From Octopus vulgaris (taxonomy: Eukaryota), in the NCBI GenBank assembly GCA_951406725.2, contig OX597819.1:87730001-87794000 (forward strand): a stretch of 64,000 nucleotides of DNA, read 5' to 3'. Shown piece by piece: positions 1 to 12,780 of the stretch. Under the pieces are notes generated by a model. It ran no database searches. It had not been told where the DNA came from and was given only the letters and a program-made list of their open reading frames with translations. The translations under genes and the position numbers were made by a program. Within the stretch, counting starts at the first letter, position 1. Each line of letters opens with the position of its first letter.

Positions 1-90
1 CCAGGACTATAGTAGAAGGCACTTATCCAAGGTGCCACACTGGGACTGAATCTGGATCCATGTAGTTGGGAAGCAAACTTGTTACAACAA
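1..90 (-). mobile_element. tRNA-derived SINE family A, head fragment
   Basis: Reverse complement matches the head seen at 25935 and 61755 (…aagtttgcttcccaactacatgg…ttcagtccca…tggcaccttgg…cttctactatag). Confidence 0.75.
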
Positions 91-96
91 AGACAC

Positions 97-127
<31 letters not shown>

Positions 128-152
128 AACACACACACAAACACACACACAA

Positions 153-183
<31 letters not shown>

Positions 184-1058
184 TGCATACATATTCCCTT
201 CAGTTTCTGTTTTAAAAAATGATTTTTAGAGTTCTGCACTTGGCCCCTCAAACTAACAGATGATATATAAATTCATATTAAAATATAAAGAGAAACGAAA
301 CTGGAGACAGCAATGACAACAGCAATAATGATGATGATGATGATGATAGGCATAACCCAGAAAATAGGGGTAGTACAATTTGCACTAAATATTATCCAGG
401 GGTTGTGACACAATATTTGTTAACCTAGCAGATTCTTATTAACCTTCAATACTCCTCTGCATATTATTCCAAAATGTACCAACTTCTTGTTATGATGTAC
501 TTCTGAAACCATGCATAACAACAATGATGGAAACAATCATTATAAATGCAAATAGGATGAGAAAAAATATATATAAAAGAAAAAAAAAAAAGAAAAAATA
601 CAATCTTCAGGAAAAAAATACACTAATACACATTATCATTATAAAACATAATTATGCTTTCTCATGATTGACAAAAATTTGTATTATGATGTATTTTTCT
701 ATAGGAAACATAATTTGCAACTTCTGGTGTATTATAAAATGTAATTGCAAAGTATTTAAATCAATAATTCTGCATGTTAGCTTTGGTCTGAGCTCTAATA
801 GCATTCACATATTTCATTATCTCTTATTCTTTTTTGAGAAATTTCAACTTTCTAAACTTCTGCCTCACACTCTTTGTAAGTCCAAACTATCATATCCTTT
901 AGATACATTACCCAATACTTGTATCACCCAATTTCTTTTCCATATCAACATTTTTCTATGTTCAAATGAAAACAGCTTTCATACATCCTCAACCCAATGT
1001 TTACATCATCAGTGAGCTCCTAAGTACTTTGGTCTCATCACAATATATATATATATAT

Positions 1059-1357
1059 AACAATATACAACATAGTGTGATACAGTAGAGAAAATAACTA
1101 ATTTAGCATAAACGTATAACAGTAGATAGTAGGTTAGGTAAATAATTTAAGAAATACAAGCACAGGTTTGCCAGCAGGGTGAGTGTCAAGTGTCGTGGAT
1201 TACAAGACAGTGAGTCAAAAATAAATGAGGAAGTTATTGGAAAGAACTGCATCTGAAATTATAGGAGTAGAATTGCATGCTCTCTAAGAATGAAAAGACA
1301 GAAGCATGGAAAGTGGACAGTGGAGAGCTGCTAGACATGGAAAATAAATAGGATAGG
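1059..1357. repeat. ~297-bp direct duplication, copy 1 (copy 2 at 2368-2665)
   Basis: aacaatata[c/t]aacatagtgtgatacagtagag … aaataaataggatagg occurs twice with few substitutions. Confidence 0.9.
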
Positions 1358-2367
1358 TCATCTCAAGTTAACCTTGGCTTATCTCAACTTATCTCAACTT
1401 AGTATGCAATCATTCATTTGTGTTGTATAATCATCTCTCTTGACCAATACTTTTGATCTTCATTGCTTTCTCAACTCAACATTTCCAACCAAATAGACAA
1501 TATACTCAAACCACAGCAAATTCTTCAGTCAATGTTGGAGTACATTATGCATACATTGTATATGACAGAGTACTATTTGCTGCCTTGTTACAAAGAAGCT
1601 ACAAAATACCAATAATACTGTTCCAAAATATTTTGACAACCAATTAAAAGGTTCTGCCTAAGCTATACCAAAATGGGAAACAAAACATTTATAATGCAGT
1701 GTTTGTCCCTATACAGTATTACTCATACTTTTTCTATTGCTTGTATAACATAAATTTAAGGCTTTCAATTTTATACTAAATAATAATGAGGCACAAGCTA
1801 TTCATAAACCCATAAATAGGATTAACAAGCAAAAGGATCAGTATTAAAAGGTTTTAAGGAAAACTAAAAGGTAGATAGCTGGCATATTAGGATTTTAGTA
1901 AGATGTTATTATTAATTTTCATCTGTCCATAAAGTTCAATGATGTAAATAAATTAATCTTCTTTAACAAATCCCAGAAGTCCATGCTTTTGAGAATAATT
2001 TCTTAAATAGGTATCAGAACAACATATAACTACATTGGATGGCTTTCTGAAGTTTTCCACTCATCCAGCTGACTACCTACAGCATTATTCTGAATGGGAG
2101 ACAAGTAATCATAAACATAAAAGCTATCCCTAGAGAAAACTGTACATTAAGAGATGGTGAGATGAAGCAAAATGCAGTGAAGTTTAAGAAAAAGGAAAAA
2201 AGAACCACATCTCTAAAGAAGAAATTAAAGCGGAGTTATGTAAATGTGGGGATATATGTTTAATTGCACTCAGTTTAGACAAACGTAACAAGCTTAATGA
2301 TGTAGGCATGCCTTAGAAACACCTACTGTAAGCGAGTGGATATGTTCAATGGACCAAAGCTGAACCA

Positions 2368-2665
2368 AACAATATATAACATAGTGTGATACAGTAGAGA
2401 AAATAACTAATTTAGCATAAATGTATAACAGTAGATAGTAGGTTAGGTAAATAACTTAAGGAATACAAGCACAGGTTTGCCAGTAGGATGAGTGTCAAGT
2501 GTCATAGATTACAAGACAGTGAGTCAAAAATAAATGAGGAAGTTATTGGAAAGAACTGCATCTGAAATTATAGGAGTAGACTTGCATGCTCTCTAAGAAT
2601 GTAAAGACAAGCATGGAAAGTGGACAGTGGAAAGCTGCTAAACAAGGAAAATAAATAGGATAGGC
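2368..2665. repeat. ~297-bp direct duplication, copy 2
   Basis: Near-identical to 1059-1357. Confidence 0.9.
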
Positions 2666-3200
2666 CATACATAAGCAAATAAAAGGGACAGCTGTAACTA
2701 GTAACCAGAGAAATTAATTAAGGATATGATTACAAGATGTAGGACTTCAAGCAATAGTTGTTGGAAATGTTGAAAGCAATGAGTCAGAATCACATTAATC
2801 ACACACACAGAGCTGATCAAACGGTGCAGGAAAATGTAGCAACACCATGAACTAATACAGATGTGCACACAAACCAACAAGAAAGCATTTACATGGTCAC
2901 TCAAGTGGCTACTATTTGTAATCCTTTGATCATACCTTACAGTCTTAAATAAGGAGAGGAAATTATATAATGTAGCCCTGCATACATAAAAATAGACAGG
3001 ATGGTCACAACTGGAATACCTTTGATAAATAAAGAAGGAAATAAGTGGAAACTTTACTGGTGAGTGTGTTAAATTATAAGGCACTAAATGAGAATGACTC
3101 TCCCCAAACACAACAGAATATGCTTCAACACACAAACTCACATAAAGAATCTTGCAAACCAAATCCAAAAACAAAATATGTATATATATATATATATATA

Positions 3201-3589
3201 GGAAAGAAGGAAGCACTCCATCGGTTACGACAATGAGGGTTCCGGTTGATCCGACCAACGGAACAGCCTGCTCGTGAAATTAACGTGTAAGTGGCTGAGC
3301 ACTCCACAGACATGTGTACCCTCAACGTAGTTCTCGGGGATATTCAGCGTGACACAGAGAGTGACAAGGCCGGCCCTTTGAAATACAGGTACAACAGAAA
3401 CAGGAAGAAAGAGTGAGAGAAAGTTGTGGTGAAAGAGTACAGCAGGGATCACCACCATCCCCTACCGGAGCCTCGTGGAGCTTTAGGTGTTTTCACTCAA
3501 TAAACACTCACAACGCCCGGTCTGGGAATCGAAACCACGATCCTACGACCGCGAGTCCGCTGCCCTAACCACTGGGCCATTGCACCTCC
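3201..3589 (-). mobile_element. tRNA-derived SINE family B, apparently full length, inserted in (TA)n
   Basis: Minus strand begins GGAGGTGCAATGGCCCAGTGGTTAGG (A box) … GGTTTCGATTCCC (B box), followed by ~300 bp of body; CpGs retained; TA repeats on both sides. Confidence 0.85.
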
Positions 3590-4170
3590 ACATATATATA
3601 TACACACATACATACATATATATAGTCATATATGTACACACACACACACACACTTAACTCGATGTTAAAGGAGACGAAAATTTAAAGGGGACTCAATACA
3701 AGGTATACAGAAGACTGTAGAGCAAATAATTATAATTAAATAAAATTAACAGAAAGCAAAAGCCTCTTTACTAAAACTAATAAATCTGTTTAAAGATATA
3801 TATCTTCATACACATAAACTCCTTTTTGTTTTGTCTTTTTAGAAAATAAACCAACGATTAATCAGATCTTCTTCCTACTCAATAGTTTTCATGTACAACT
3901 ACAAATATATTACAACAGTCTGTAGGTATATATATACATGTCTGTATATAAAACTATTCTACCATCTGTTTTTTCAATATCCTAATGACATAACATCAAT
4001 ATCAAAATAAACAGACACTTTATCAAGACACTGACTACCCTTTCAATTTACTGTGACGAAAAGATATTGTTTCTAACATTTTCTCTCCTCTGCAACATAA
4101 ACAGTTCTATACATCTTAAATTCCAACATTATGTGTGCAACATTATATTTATCATTTCATTTATTACTTT

Positions 4171-4188
4171 TATTATTATTATTATTAT

Positions 4189-4230
<42 letters not shown>

Positions 4231-4258
4231 CAGCAGCAACAGTTGTAGCAGCAGCAGC

Positions 4259-4304
<46 letters not shown>

Positions 4305-4310
4305 GTAGTA
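4171..4310. repeat. Compound (TAT)n/(AGT)n/(AGC)n trinucleotide microsatellite
   Basis: Directly visible. Confidence 0.95.
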
Positions 4311-4409
4311 GAGTGATGAGCAGGCAGAGTCATTAATACATCAGACAAAATGCCTAGCTGTATTTCTTCCAGCTCATTGTGTTCTTAGCTCAAATACTAC
4401 CTGAACATT

Positions 4410-4652
4410 AGTTTCAAGGTTCATCCAAGGCCCTGCCCTGTTTAACATTGTCCCGAAAGAGTCTGGACAGATTTCTTCAAGGAATACCGGATAAGCCACC
4501 CATACCTGGATACAACTCCCTCAACAAAAACTCACTACTCGAATGGACCATAAACAAAACTTGACTTAAACAGGATTTAGATAATCCTATCAGGTGATGC
4601 TATTAAGTTAGACATGGCCTGGACCAATCTTTGGTTGAAACATATCTAAGTT
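4410..4652 (+). mobile_element. CR1/L2-group LINE 3' end fragment
   Basis: Encodes GPALFNIVPK…LDRFLQGIPDKPPIPGYNSLNKNSLLEW, similar to the C-terminus of the 29069 LINE ORF (GPQLFNILP…[12 protein letters not shown]); ends catggcc…gaaac. Confidence 0.65.
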
Positions 4653-4668
4653 TTATATATATATGTAT

Positions 4669-5352
4669 ATCATCATCATCATCATCATCGTTTAACGTCC
4701 GCTTTCCATGCTAGCATGGGTTGGACGGTTCAACTGGGGTCTGGGAAGCCCGAAGGCTGCACCAGGCCAGTCAGATGTGGCAGTGTTTCTACAGCTGGAT
4801 GCCCTTCCTAACGCCAACCACTCCGAGAGTGTAGTGGGTGATTTTATGTGCCACCGACACAGGTGCCAGACGAGGCTGGCAGACGGCCACGCTCGGATGG
4901 TGTTTTTTATGTGCCACCGACACAGGTGCCAGACGAGGCTGGCAGACGGCCACGCTCGGATGGTGTTTTCTTATGTGTCACCGACACAGGTGCCAGACGA
5001 GGCTGGCGGACGGCCACGCTCGGATGGTGTTTGTTACGTGCCCTCAGCACGGAGGCCAGTCATTGCGGTACTGGCTACGGTCACGTTTGGATGGTTTTCT
5101 TATGTGCCACCGGCACTGGTACCACAAGGATACAAATTCCATTGATGTTCATCTATTTTGATTTGGTTCGATTTGATTCGATACGATTCGATTCTCACTT
5201 GCCTCAACAGGTCTTCACAAGTGTCACAAGAAGGAAGGTATGCACAAGTGGACTGACTACGTCCCAGGTAGGGGTCACGGATTATGGCTTCACTAGTCTT
5301 GCCGGGTCTTCTCACGCACAGCATACTTCCATAGGTCTCGGTCTCTAGTCAT
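4669..5352 (-). mobile_element. 5'-truncated RTE LINE (C-terminus, 3' UTR with three ~63-bp tandem units, (TGA)n tail)
   Basis: Minus strand MTRDRDLWKYAVREKTRQD* resembles the end of the RTE ORF at 36820-36867; terminal …ccaacccatgctagcatggaaagcggacgttaaacgatgatgat; units start at 4846, 4909 and 4973. Confidence 0.88.
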
Positions 5353-5380
5353 ATATATATATATATGTATATATATATAT

Positions 5381-5870
5381 CAGAAATGGAAATCGATCAA
5401 TGGAAATTGCAGATGTGTTACCAGTGCCGGTGGCATGTCGAAACTCTACTTGTGAAGACCCGTTGAGGCAAGTGAGGATCAGAATGGAAATCGATCAATG
5501 GAAATTGCAGATGTGTTACCAGTGCCGGTGGCATGTAAGAGAACCTTCCGTTTCGCGACCGTTGCCAGCACCGCCCCGTTTCGTGTCCGTTGCCAGCCTC
5601 GCCTGGCCCTTGTGCCGGTGGCACATAAAAAGCACCATCCGTTCGTGGCCGTTTGCCAGCTCTGTCTGGCACCTGTGCAGGTGGCACGTAAAAAGTACCC
5701 ACTACACTCACGGAGTGGTTGGCGTTAGGAAGGGCATCCAGCCGTAGAAACACTGCCAGATTTGACTGGGCCTGATGAAGCCTTCTGGCTTCACAGACCC
5801 AGTAGAACCGTCCAACCCATGCTAGCATGGAAAACGGACGCTAAACGACGATGATGATGATGATGATGAT
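5381..5870 (+). mobile_element. RTE LINE 3' UTR fragment with (GAT)n tail and internal duplication
   Basis: ttggcgttaggaagggcatccagccgtagaaa … ccaacccatgctagcatggaaaacggacgctaaacgacgatgatgat. Confidence 0.88.
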
Positions 5871-6132
5871 ATATATACACACACATAAACACACACACAC
5901 GTTAAGATATAATATGTTAAGTTATAATAAAAACAATTTTACATTAGTCAGAAGGATTACTCAATGCTTTTTTGCTGAGTATATATTTATTATTCTTTAA
6001 CAATAATAGTGTTCACAGAGACTTCAAAATCTCAGAGTCCAATGAAAATTATGCAGGCTGAATCTTTTAACTCAGTCAACACTATGCTTGCTAAAGAATA
6101 ACACACACACACATATATGTATATATATATAT

Positions 6133-6195
<63 letters not shown>

Positions 6196-6439
6196 TATAT
6201 ATATTATCAGAAATAGTATGTAACCAGATAAAACATTCTGTGGTATTTGGTTGTAACCTTTCTAGTTCACATCCAACCCAATTTGACCTCATCTTTCTCC
6301 CATTCAAAGTTGATAAAAAATATATTGTGGTTAATAAAAAAAGACTACAATACCCTTTGAAAGGCTGTTCCCTAACACAGCTGCAGCAATAAAAGAAGCC
6401 AATATAACTCAGACGGAAGTAATACATCCACAATTAATT

Positions 6440-6790
6440 CATATTATTGAAAGTGATAAAGCAATGTACACAATATGTGAAGTCTTTATGACAGTATAAG
6501 TATGAAGTATCAAGCAATATTACCACCATGAGGGGCAAGCATGATTGCATGATTAAGAAGAGTTTACTCTGCCACCATATGATTCTCAGTTCAGTTTCAC
6601 TGAGTAACATCTGAGTGCCAGGTATAGCTTCAAGAAGACCAATATGTTGCAAGTCGAAATTGGTAGCCAGAAACCATTCAAAAGCTTGTCAAGACAAACT
6701 TTTGCATAATTCATTCGTAGTGAAGGTGAATGTACTGAAAGCATAATAGTCAAAGTAAGAATGGAGGGAGTAAAGTTCAAGGTGCCTATT
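6440..6790 (-). mobile_element. Possible highly degenerate CR1-like LINE fragment
   Basis: Minus-strand peptide …NILVFLKLYLALR… resembles the LxxLYxALVR thumb motif; many disruptions. Confidence 0.3.
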
Positions 6791-6914
6791 ATCTTTGTTG
6801 AGAGTTTCTTTCTCTCTTTCTCAGAGTGAAAGACAGATTGTATGAGGCTTGTGTATGAAGAATGGTGATGTACTGTAGTCAGATGACTTGCTCTAAAACC
6901 AGAAAGAAATTAAA

Positions 6915-7230
6915 TGGGCAAGCCCTGCTGCATGTGTAATGTTAGTGTGCATGGAAGACAGAATATGTATGAACTAAGACAAAAACTAGATATAAGAGGA
7001 ATCAAATGTGTGCAAGAAAGCTATATTGGTAGAGACATGATGAATATAAAGGATGTCAGCTGTATAAAGAAGTGCAGGGCTCTTAATGTGGATGGAATTT
7101 ATTGAAGAGGGAAACCAACAAAGGCACATAGGACAAAGTTGTGAAGAAAGATCTCAAGATGCTACATCTTATGAAGGAAATGACAAAGGACCACAAGTGA
7201 TGATATGCACTGCTGGACAAAACTTGACCA
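6915..7230 (+). mobile_element. Degenerate RTE LINE 3' coding fragment
   Basis: MCNVSVHGRQ…ELRQKLDIRGIKCVQE matches WMCNVSVHARQS…DIRSIGCSVQE at 36560-36650. Confidence 0.75.
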
Positions 7231-8685
7231 TGTAAGCAAGCATAGTAAAACTATTTTCCATTTCATGTACATTTCCTTCAACCAATTTGATACTCTCCCC
7301 TATTTACTGAGCCCTGCTACATGTGTAATGAGGAATGCCATAGGATCTATCAATAATCAATCCCCTATACCACTCATATCACTATCTCATTCTTTCTCCC
7401 ACCAAGATGTTGATGTAATAAAGGATTGTAGTGAACCCATGGGTATCTGATACACCCCTCCATCACTCTTCCAGACAACTAACCATCTCTCTCTCTCTCA
7501 TGCTGTGTTTTATCATCACCTATCAACATCACTACCTATTACTTGCCTTCTCCTTTGCAAATAAACATACAACTGCTTTCACTGTCTTCCTTTAGTCCTT
7601 CTAGTATTGTCTCTTTTGTTTCTCCCACCTTTACCACCAATCACCACAAGCTACACTTCTTTTATCTTCTCATTCTAATCCATCTTCTAACATCACTCGC
7701 TGTCCTCTATTCACCATCTTAGTAATGATGCCCTAAATAGAGGGAAATAATGTATAGTATTCAGGTCTCTTTACCTTTGTTTAATACTAGGCAACGTCAC
7801 TTATACTAGAATTACAATAGAATAAAATACATCCAGTATAGTCTATAAAATACTTTGTATTAGGAAGGACATCCCTCCATTGACATCATGCCAAAAGTGG
7901 AATATATGGACACAACATGGTTCTCCAAAAGTAGTAACAGCAAATATGAACTGAATCAGTCTGAGATGACCCATCCAACTCATGCCAACATGGAAAGTGG
8001 ATGTACAATTATATGCACACACACATACACATGTTTATAAAGAGATAAAAGATTTATAGGCTGATACACGGTATTACATCATTTATAAAAGATGTTACAT
8101 AAACATAACCAAAAATATATTTTGTAAAGAAAAGATGTCCTTGAAATTACTTTTATATGTGTGTGTTTGTTTACGTGCATGTATGTGAATTTCCTCATAT
8201 TAAGATAAACTTCAATGCTTTTACTATTTTTTGTTTTGTTTTGTTTTTTTCTGTAAAGAAGGCTTAAAGGTCATCAGATCAAGAGCTAAGCTAGTACAAA
8301 AGTAATTTATTGTCACCACTATAATCATCTGTACAAATTGACTGTGTATATTGCCATTTTACTAACTAAATAAAAGAATTAGATTAAAAGAATTTGAATA
8401 GTTAAATTATTTAATGCCTTTTGGTTACTGAGAGATATTCACAAATTGGCTTTTGAAAATATTACTTTGAATTCAGATTAGTAATTAGCTATGATCCATC
8501 TTGATACTGGAAGTGTCAAAAAATTTTGCAAACTGGAATACACAAAGAATGAAAGCTTATCCCAAAGTTATCACCATTAGTTGTTTATAAGAATATCTCT
8601 TTTAAAAGGTATTCGGAATTTGATCTAACATATTTTCATTCAGTTGGAAACAAGAGTTTAGTACTGTTTGGCCAAATTAATCTTC

Positions 8686-8707
8686 TTACAGATAAGCATG
8701 TCTATCC
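8686..8707 (-). CDS. Candidate terminal coding exon of an unidentified host gene ((K)DRHAYL*)
   Basis: Acceptor tattattttcAG|G; phase compatible with the phase-2 donor at 10414; stop TAA at 8688-8686. Very short, could be chance. Confidence 0.3.
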
Positions 8708-9080
8708 CTGAAAATAATATTTGCATAAACTTCAGATATATGACTCTGGAACACTTCCAGTAATGGTATAATAAACAATGCTAATTTTCTTTCCATAACT
8801 AGGAATTCCTGAGACTTTTACCCACTCTGTCTGGTTGTTGTTTTTTTTTTAACCTTCACTATAAAAATATTTCATGATAGCAGATTTGTTTTTAGCTATA
8901 GAATGTTCGCTTGCAACTCTCCTTGGACCATATATAAATAGCTGAATTATTTTGCACTAAAAAATTTTGAAGAGAACATACAAGGATACACAATCAAGAT
9001 TGATATCCTTTACAAAGACCAAGTTAAAAGTTGTGTGTCTCTTGGTAGGATGTATACAAAATCTGTTGCACAGATAGATA

Positions 9081-9309
9081 TTAACCTTTTTCGTTACTGT
9101 ATTTATTTTGAGATGCTCTGTGTTTCTTTCAATTACTTTAAATATAACAAAGAGTTTAGTAAAATAGCTTAGTTATAATTCAGTTAGTGTTAGGAACATA
9201 AATTGTGACTAAAGTTTGATAGAAGATTTTAATTCAAAACTTATGAAAACAAGATGTTTGTACTCAGAGCCAGAGCTGGTTTCAGCCGAGTTGGTAATGA
9301 AAGGGTTAA
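9081..9309 (+). mobile_element. Non-autonomous piggyBac-type MITE
   Basis: TTAA on both sides; TIRs cctttttcgttac / gtaatgaaaggg; second copy at 63223-63409. Confidence 0.85.
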
Positions 9310-9559
9310 TACTATTAGCACTCTTTATCATTTTAATGTATAATTTTCCATGCTTGCATGGGTCAGCTGAAATTTAGGCAGATTTTCTATAGCCAGATGC
9401 CCTCCCTTGCTACAACTCTCACTTGTTTCCAAGCAAGGTAATATTTCTCCAAAGCCAGAACAACAGAAATGAATGACAAGGCTTTTTGACTCATTTACAA
9501 CTAACACATGATATCAAAACAAGGACACACACACACTCATGTATATATATATATGTATA

Positions 9560-9715
9560 ACAACAGGCTTCTTTCAGTTCCTATCTACCAAATCCACTCA
9601 GAAGGCTTTTGTTGGCCTGGGGCTAAAATAGGAGACACATGCCCAAGGGGCCACACAGCAGGACTGAACCCGAAACCATGTGGTTGGAAGCAAACTTCTC
9701 AACCACACAACACCT
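9560..9715 (-). mobile_element. SINE family A head
   Basis: Reverse complement gtgtggttgagaagtttgcttccaaccacatggtttcgggttcagtcc…gagtggatttggtaga. Confidence 0.8.
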
Positions 9716-10413
9716 AGTGTATCACTGAAAATTGTACCTTTGGATTCACTTGTGCCAGACTGCTTTAACTGAATAGTAGCACTGCAAAGTGAAATTATGA
9801 ATAAGACATTGCAATTAAGATGTAAACCACCTCAACTGGATAAATAAATAACAGGCAGTGTGGATGAATGCTGAAGTTTATTTAGCTCATTTTGCCAGAT
9901 GGTTGTAAGTTAGTGCAGCATGAAACTGAGATGGTCAGCTGATAGAATAAACACACTATAAGATGAACCACAAATAAGTTACCCACATCAATTTGTGTAG
10001 GTAAAGGTCACATTTGAGCTGAGACTATTAAAAGGTCTTGTCACAAAGACAGTAGTAATCTTTTATGTCAGAACTGTACAGGCTATAATGTGATATTGCT
10101 ATTTTACCAGCTGTTACTTTTTGATAGAAGAGTTACTGTGGCTATACTTTTACAAAAGTACTCAGTTTTCCTTTTAGGGTTATATGTCTTAAAATACTGA
10201 TATGTATCGCTGGACCAGCATTAAAGTGCGAAAAAACTTAGAGCTGCCTCACTGAATTATATATCATTGATTATGTTAGCAGTAATAAACACTGAAGCTG
10301 TTATTTTTGCCCCAAAGTCAGCCAAAGGGTAGACCTATACCTATGATCAATGGTATTCTAGTTGAGATCATCTTCTGATGGTACAATTTATAAATAATAC
10401 TTCTACAATTTAC

Positions 10414-10531
10414 TTGATATAATATAAATACAGGGTTCCTCTCTCAAATTCAACATTATTGATAACTTCAACAAATTTTTCACTGTCAGACACAATTTCC
10501 TTATAGTCAGTCTTGATTTCATTCTCATCAA
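10414..10531 (-). CDS. Candidate internal coding exon (DENEIKTDYKEIVSDSEKFVEVINNVEFERGTLYLYYI)
   Basis: Long polypyrimidine tract then first AG (10533-10532); open frame with protein-like composition; donor AA|GTAAAT at 10413; non-repetitive. Product not recognised. Confidence 0.5.
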
Positions 10532-11379
10532 CTTCAATTATGAATAAAAAGTTAAACAGATGGAAGAAAAGGAATAAGAATATACTGGCAGACAGAGGAA
10601 GATGATAGTCACTACAAGAGAGGAGAGTGAACATAGAGTGAACTGAGAACAAGTGATCCAATGTAACCAACTACACATATGATGGTCCGGAGCGATTGAG
10701 TGATGGCATGGTGAAGGAATAGTTAATGGGTATTGCGCCATTGAGTTTACAAAAGAATGAAAGGTAGAGAGTCAGAATAGCATCCTGACTGGATGGCGAG
10801 CAGAAAAGATTCAATCCATATTTTGGCCACAATGAAGCATAGTACAGAGAAAAGAAGAGGGAGCGATTAAAAGATGAGCAAAAGGTATGGATGAAAGAAT
10901 GCAATGTATGACAAACAGTAAACAGGCAATAAAGGCATGTATGTGTGTGAGGGAGAGAGAGAGAGAAAGAAAGAAAGAGTGAGAGCAATGTGTAACAAGC
11001 AGAAGAGAGAACCCCTGTCATTCTTATTCATGCCATCAGCATAATACAGTGTGACTGACAAGAGTAGGGAGTGACGAGAAGAGAGCAATAGGGTTATGGG
11101 TGCAGGAAGCAAGAGCAGTGAAAGCATAAGTAATAGGAGTATGGATATTAGCCAGAGTGATAGAGATGTGATGTGAAGGATAAAAAATAAAGGGGTATAT
11201 GATATGGGTGCTAGAGGTCATTGTGTTGATTAGACAGTACATATGTCTAGTGATAGATGCCCTTATATACACATAAATACATAATTTTAATGTTTGTTTT
11301 GCTACACCTGGGCAGGTGAGTGGATCTATTCACACAGCACATTGTTAAGTCAATGCACCCCTTTGTCATTTCCTTCGTG

Positions 11380-11860
11380 TGTAACAGCTTCAGACCTGTC
11401 TTCACCACTTCAACCTAAGTCTTCCTCACTTCAAGTGCATGACATATCTTTATACAGCTGTCCTCCTCCATACACATCACATGCCCACACTTATATAATG
11501 TATTCTATTGCACATTACACCTGATTCAACTTATGTTTCTCTTGCAGCTCATTTGTATTGTTGGTCATGCACACCAGTATTACACATATAGTAGAGTATG
11601 TTCATTTTGTTTATTTCTTTCTAACCTTCGTAAATCTTCTGTATTCAAAGCCCACACCTCACTACCACATAGCACACAAGCATCATACAATCTGCCCTTC
11701 ACTCTGAGGGAGATGCCCTATGATGTCAGTTGATGTAATAGCACACTGAACTTTCTCTAATCAGTTCTTACTCTGGCTCCTACACTTTCAGAACACCTGT
11801 CCCAACCCAACTACTAATTAGGTCTCCTAAGTAACAGAAGCTATGAACTACTTGTAGAGA
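11380..11860 (-). mobile_element. Degenerate RTE LINE fragment
   Basis: Homologous to 41870-42370 (catcatacaatctgcccttcactctgag…; gtctcctaagtaacagaagcta). Confidence 0.7.
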
Positions 11861-11989
11861 AATATCATAGAATTATATTTCACAAGTGCTCTTAGTATTG
11901 TGCACCTGCCACATGTGATTGCCTAACAATGACTCCACAAAACCTTATGCATCCAATTTAAATGAGTTACATAGTGTGGAATTCCTACT

Positions 11990-12780
11990 GCCTCCTTTTT
12001 ACATTTTGGACAAAGCCATATTTCAGATGGAAGCAGGATTTTGTCATTCTTGGGTTACTCCTAGGTCTCCTGTCAGCAGGTTTAGTTGAAGAATCCATCA
12101 CATGATTTTTTTTTTGCAACATTTTAATCACATGTCCATAGAACTGGAGCTGTAACCTCTCACTACAGAGGAGTAGTAACATAACCTGGAGAGACACCCC
12201 GATCTGGGAGCTGTGTAGCTTGTTGACTAATGTTACATCAGAGATCCTTCAAAGGAGTCCCATTTTGGCTACTTGTATTTATAGTCATACTCTTTCGATC
12301 ATTACAAGTTTTGGCTTTTTTTAAACCAATCCCTCCTCTTCTGAGAATCAAGTGCCGAAGCTGGCACATTAGAATGCCAGCACCTGCAATCCTAGCATCT
12401 AAGTCAGCCTCCTGCTTCGTATGACTTGTGAATACAGTCCTGAAATACTTAAACTTCTCCACTTGCCTCAGTGATGTTCCACTACCATTCAGAATGCAAT
12501 AGGAAGACTTTGTTGAGAGAACTAATGTCTTAGCCTTTGCAACACTAATTCTCATTCTTGCTATGCAGCATTCAGCAGCAAACCCATTCAATGCATGCAG
12601 GAGATCATCTAGTGAGCCAAGCTGCACTATGTTCTCTGCAAATATCAGCCAACCAATATCCTGCACTCACCAATTATGATACCACTTCTAAAATGGCTGT
12701 GCATGTCAATCCAGTTCACAGATATCTTGAAAAGGAGAGGTAACAATATGCACCCCTGCCTAAGTCCAACACCTACTTTG
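11990..12780 (-). mobile_element. Second RTE-clade family, degenerate RT/thumb fragment
   Basis: IFAENIVQLG…MRISVAKAKTLVLS…LRQVEKFKYFRTVFTS…DARIAGA: decayed FADD motif and V..FKYLG motif of non-LTR RT. Confidence 0.75.

Noticed and set aside
968-1018. Minus-strand CTGATGA…GAAAG hammerhead-like spacing
   Set aside because: Stems I-III do not pair convincingly.
3510-3589. tRNA gene
   Set aside because: A/B boxes are present but continue into a SINE body with no proper acceptor stem; the same applies to 63840-63913.
4067-4348. Poly-Ser/Val/Thr ORFs
   Set aside because: Translations of a trinucleotide microsatellite.
4708-5828. Several 107-166-aa ORFs with repeated peptides
   Set aside because: They lie in RTE 3' UTR tandem units, in multiple frames and on both strands.
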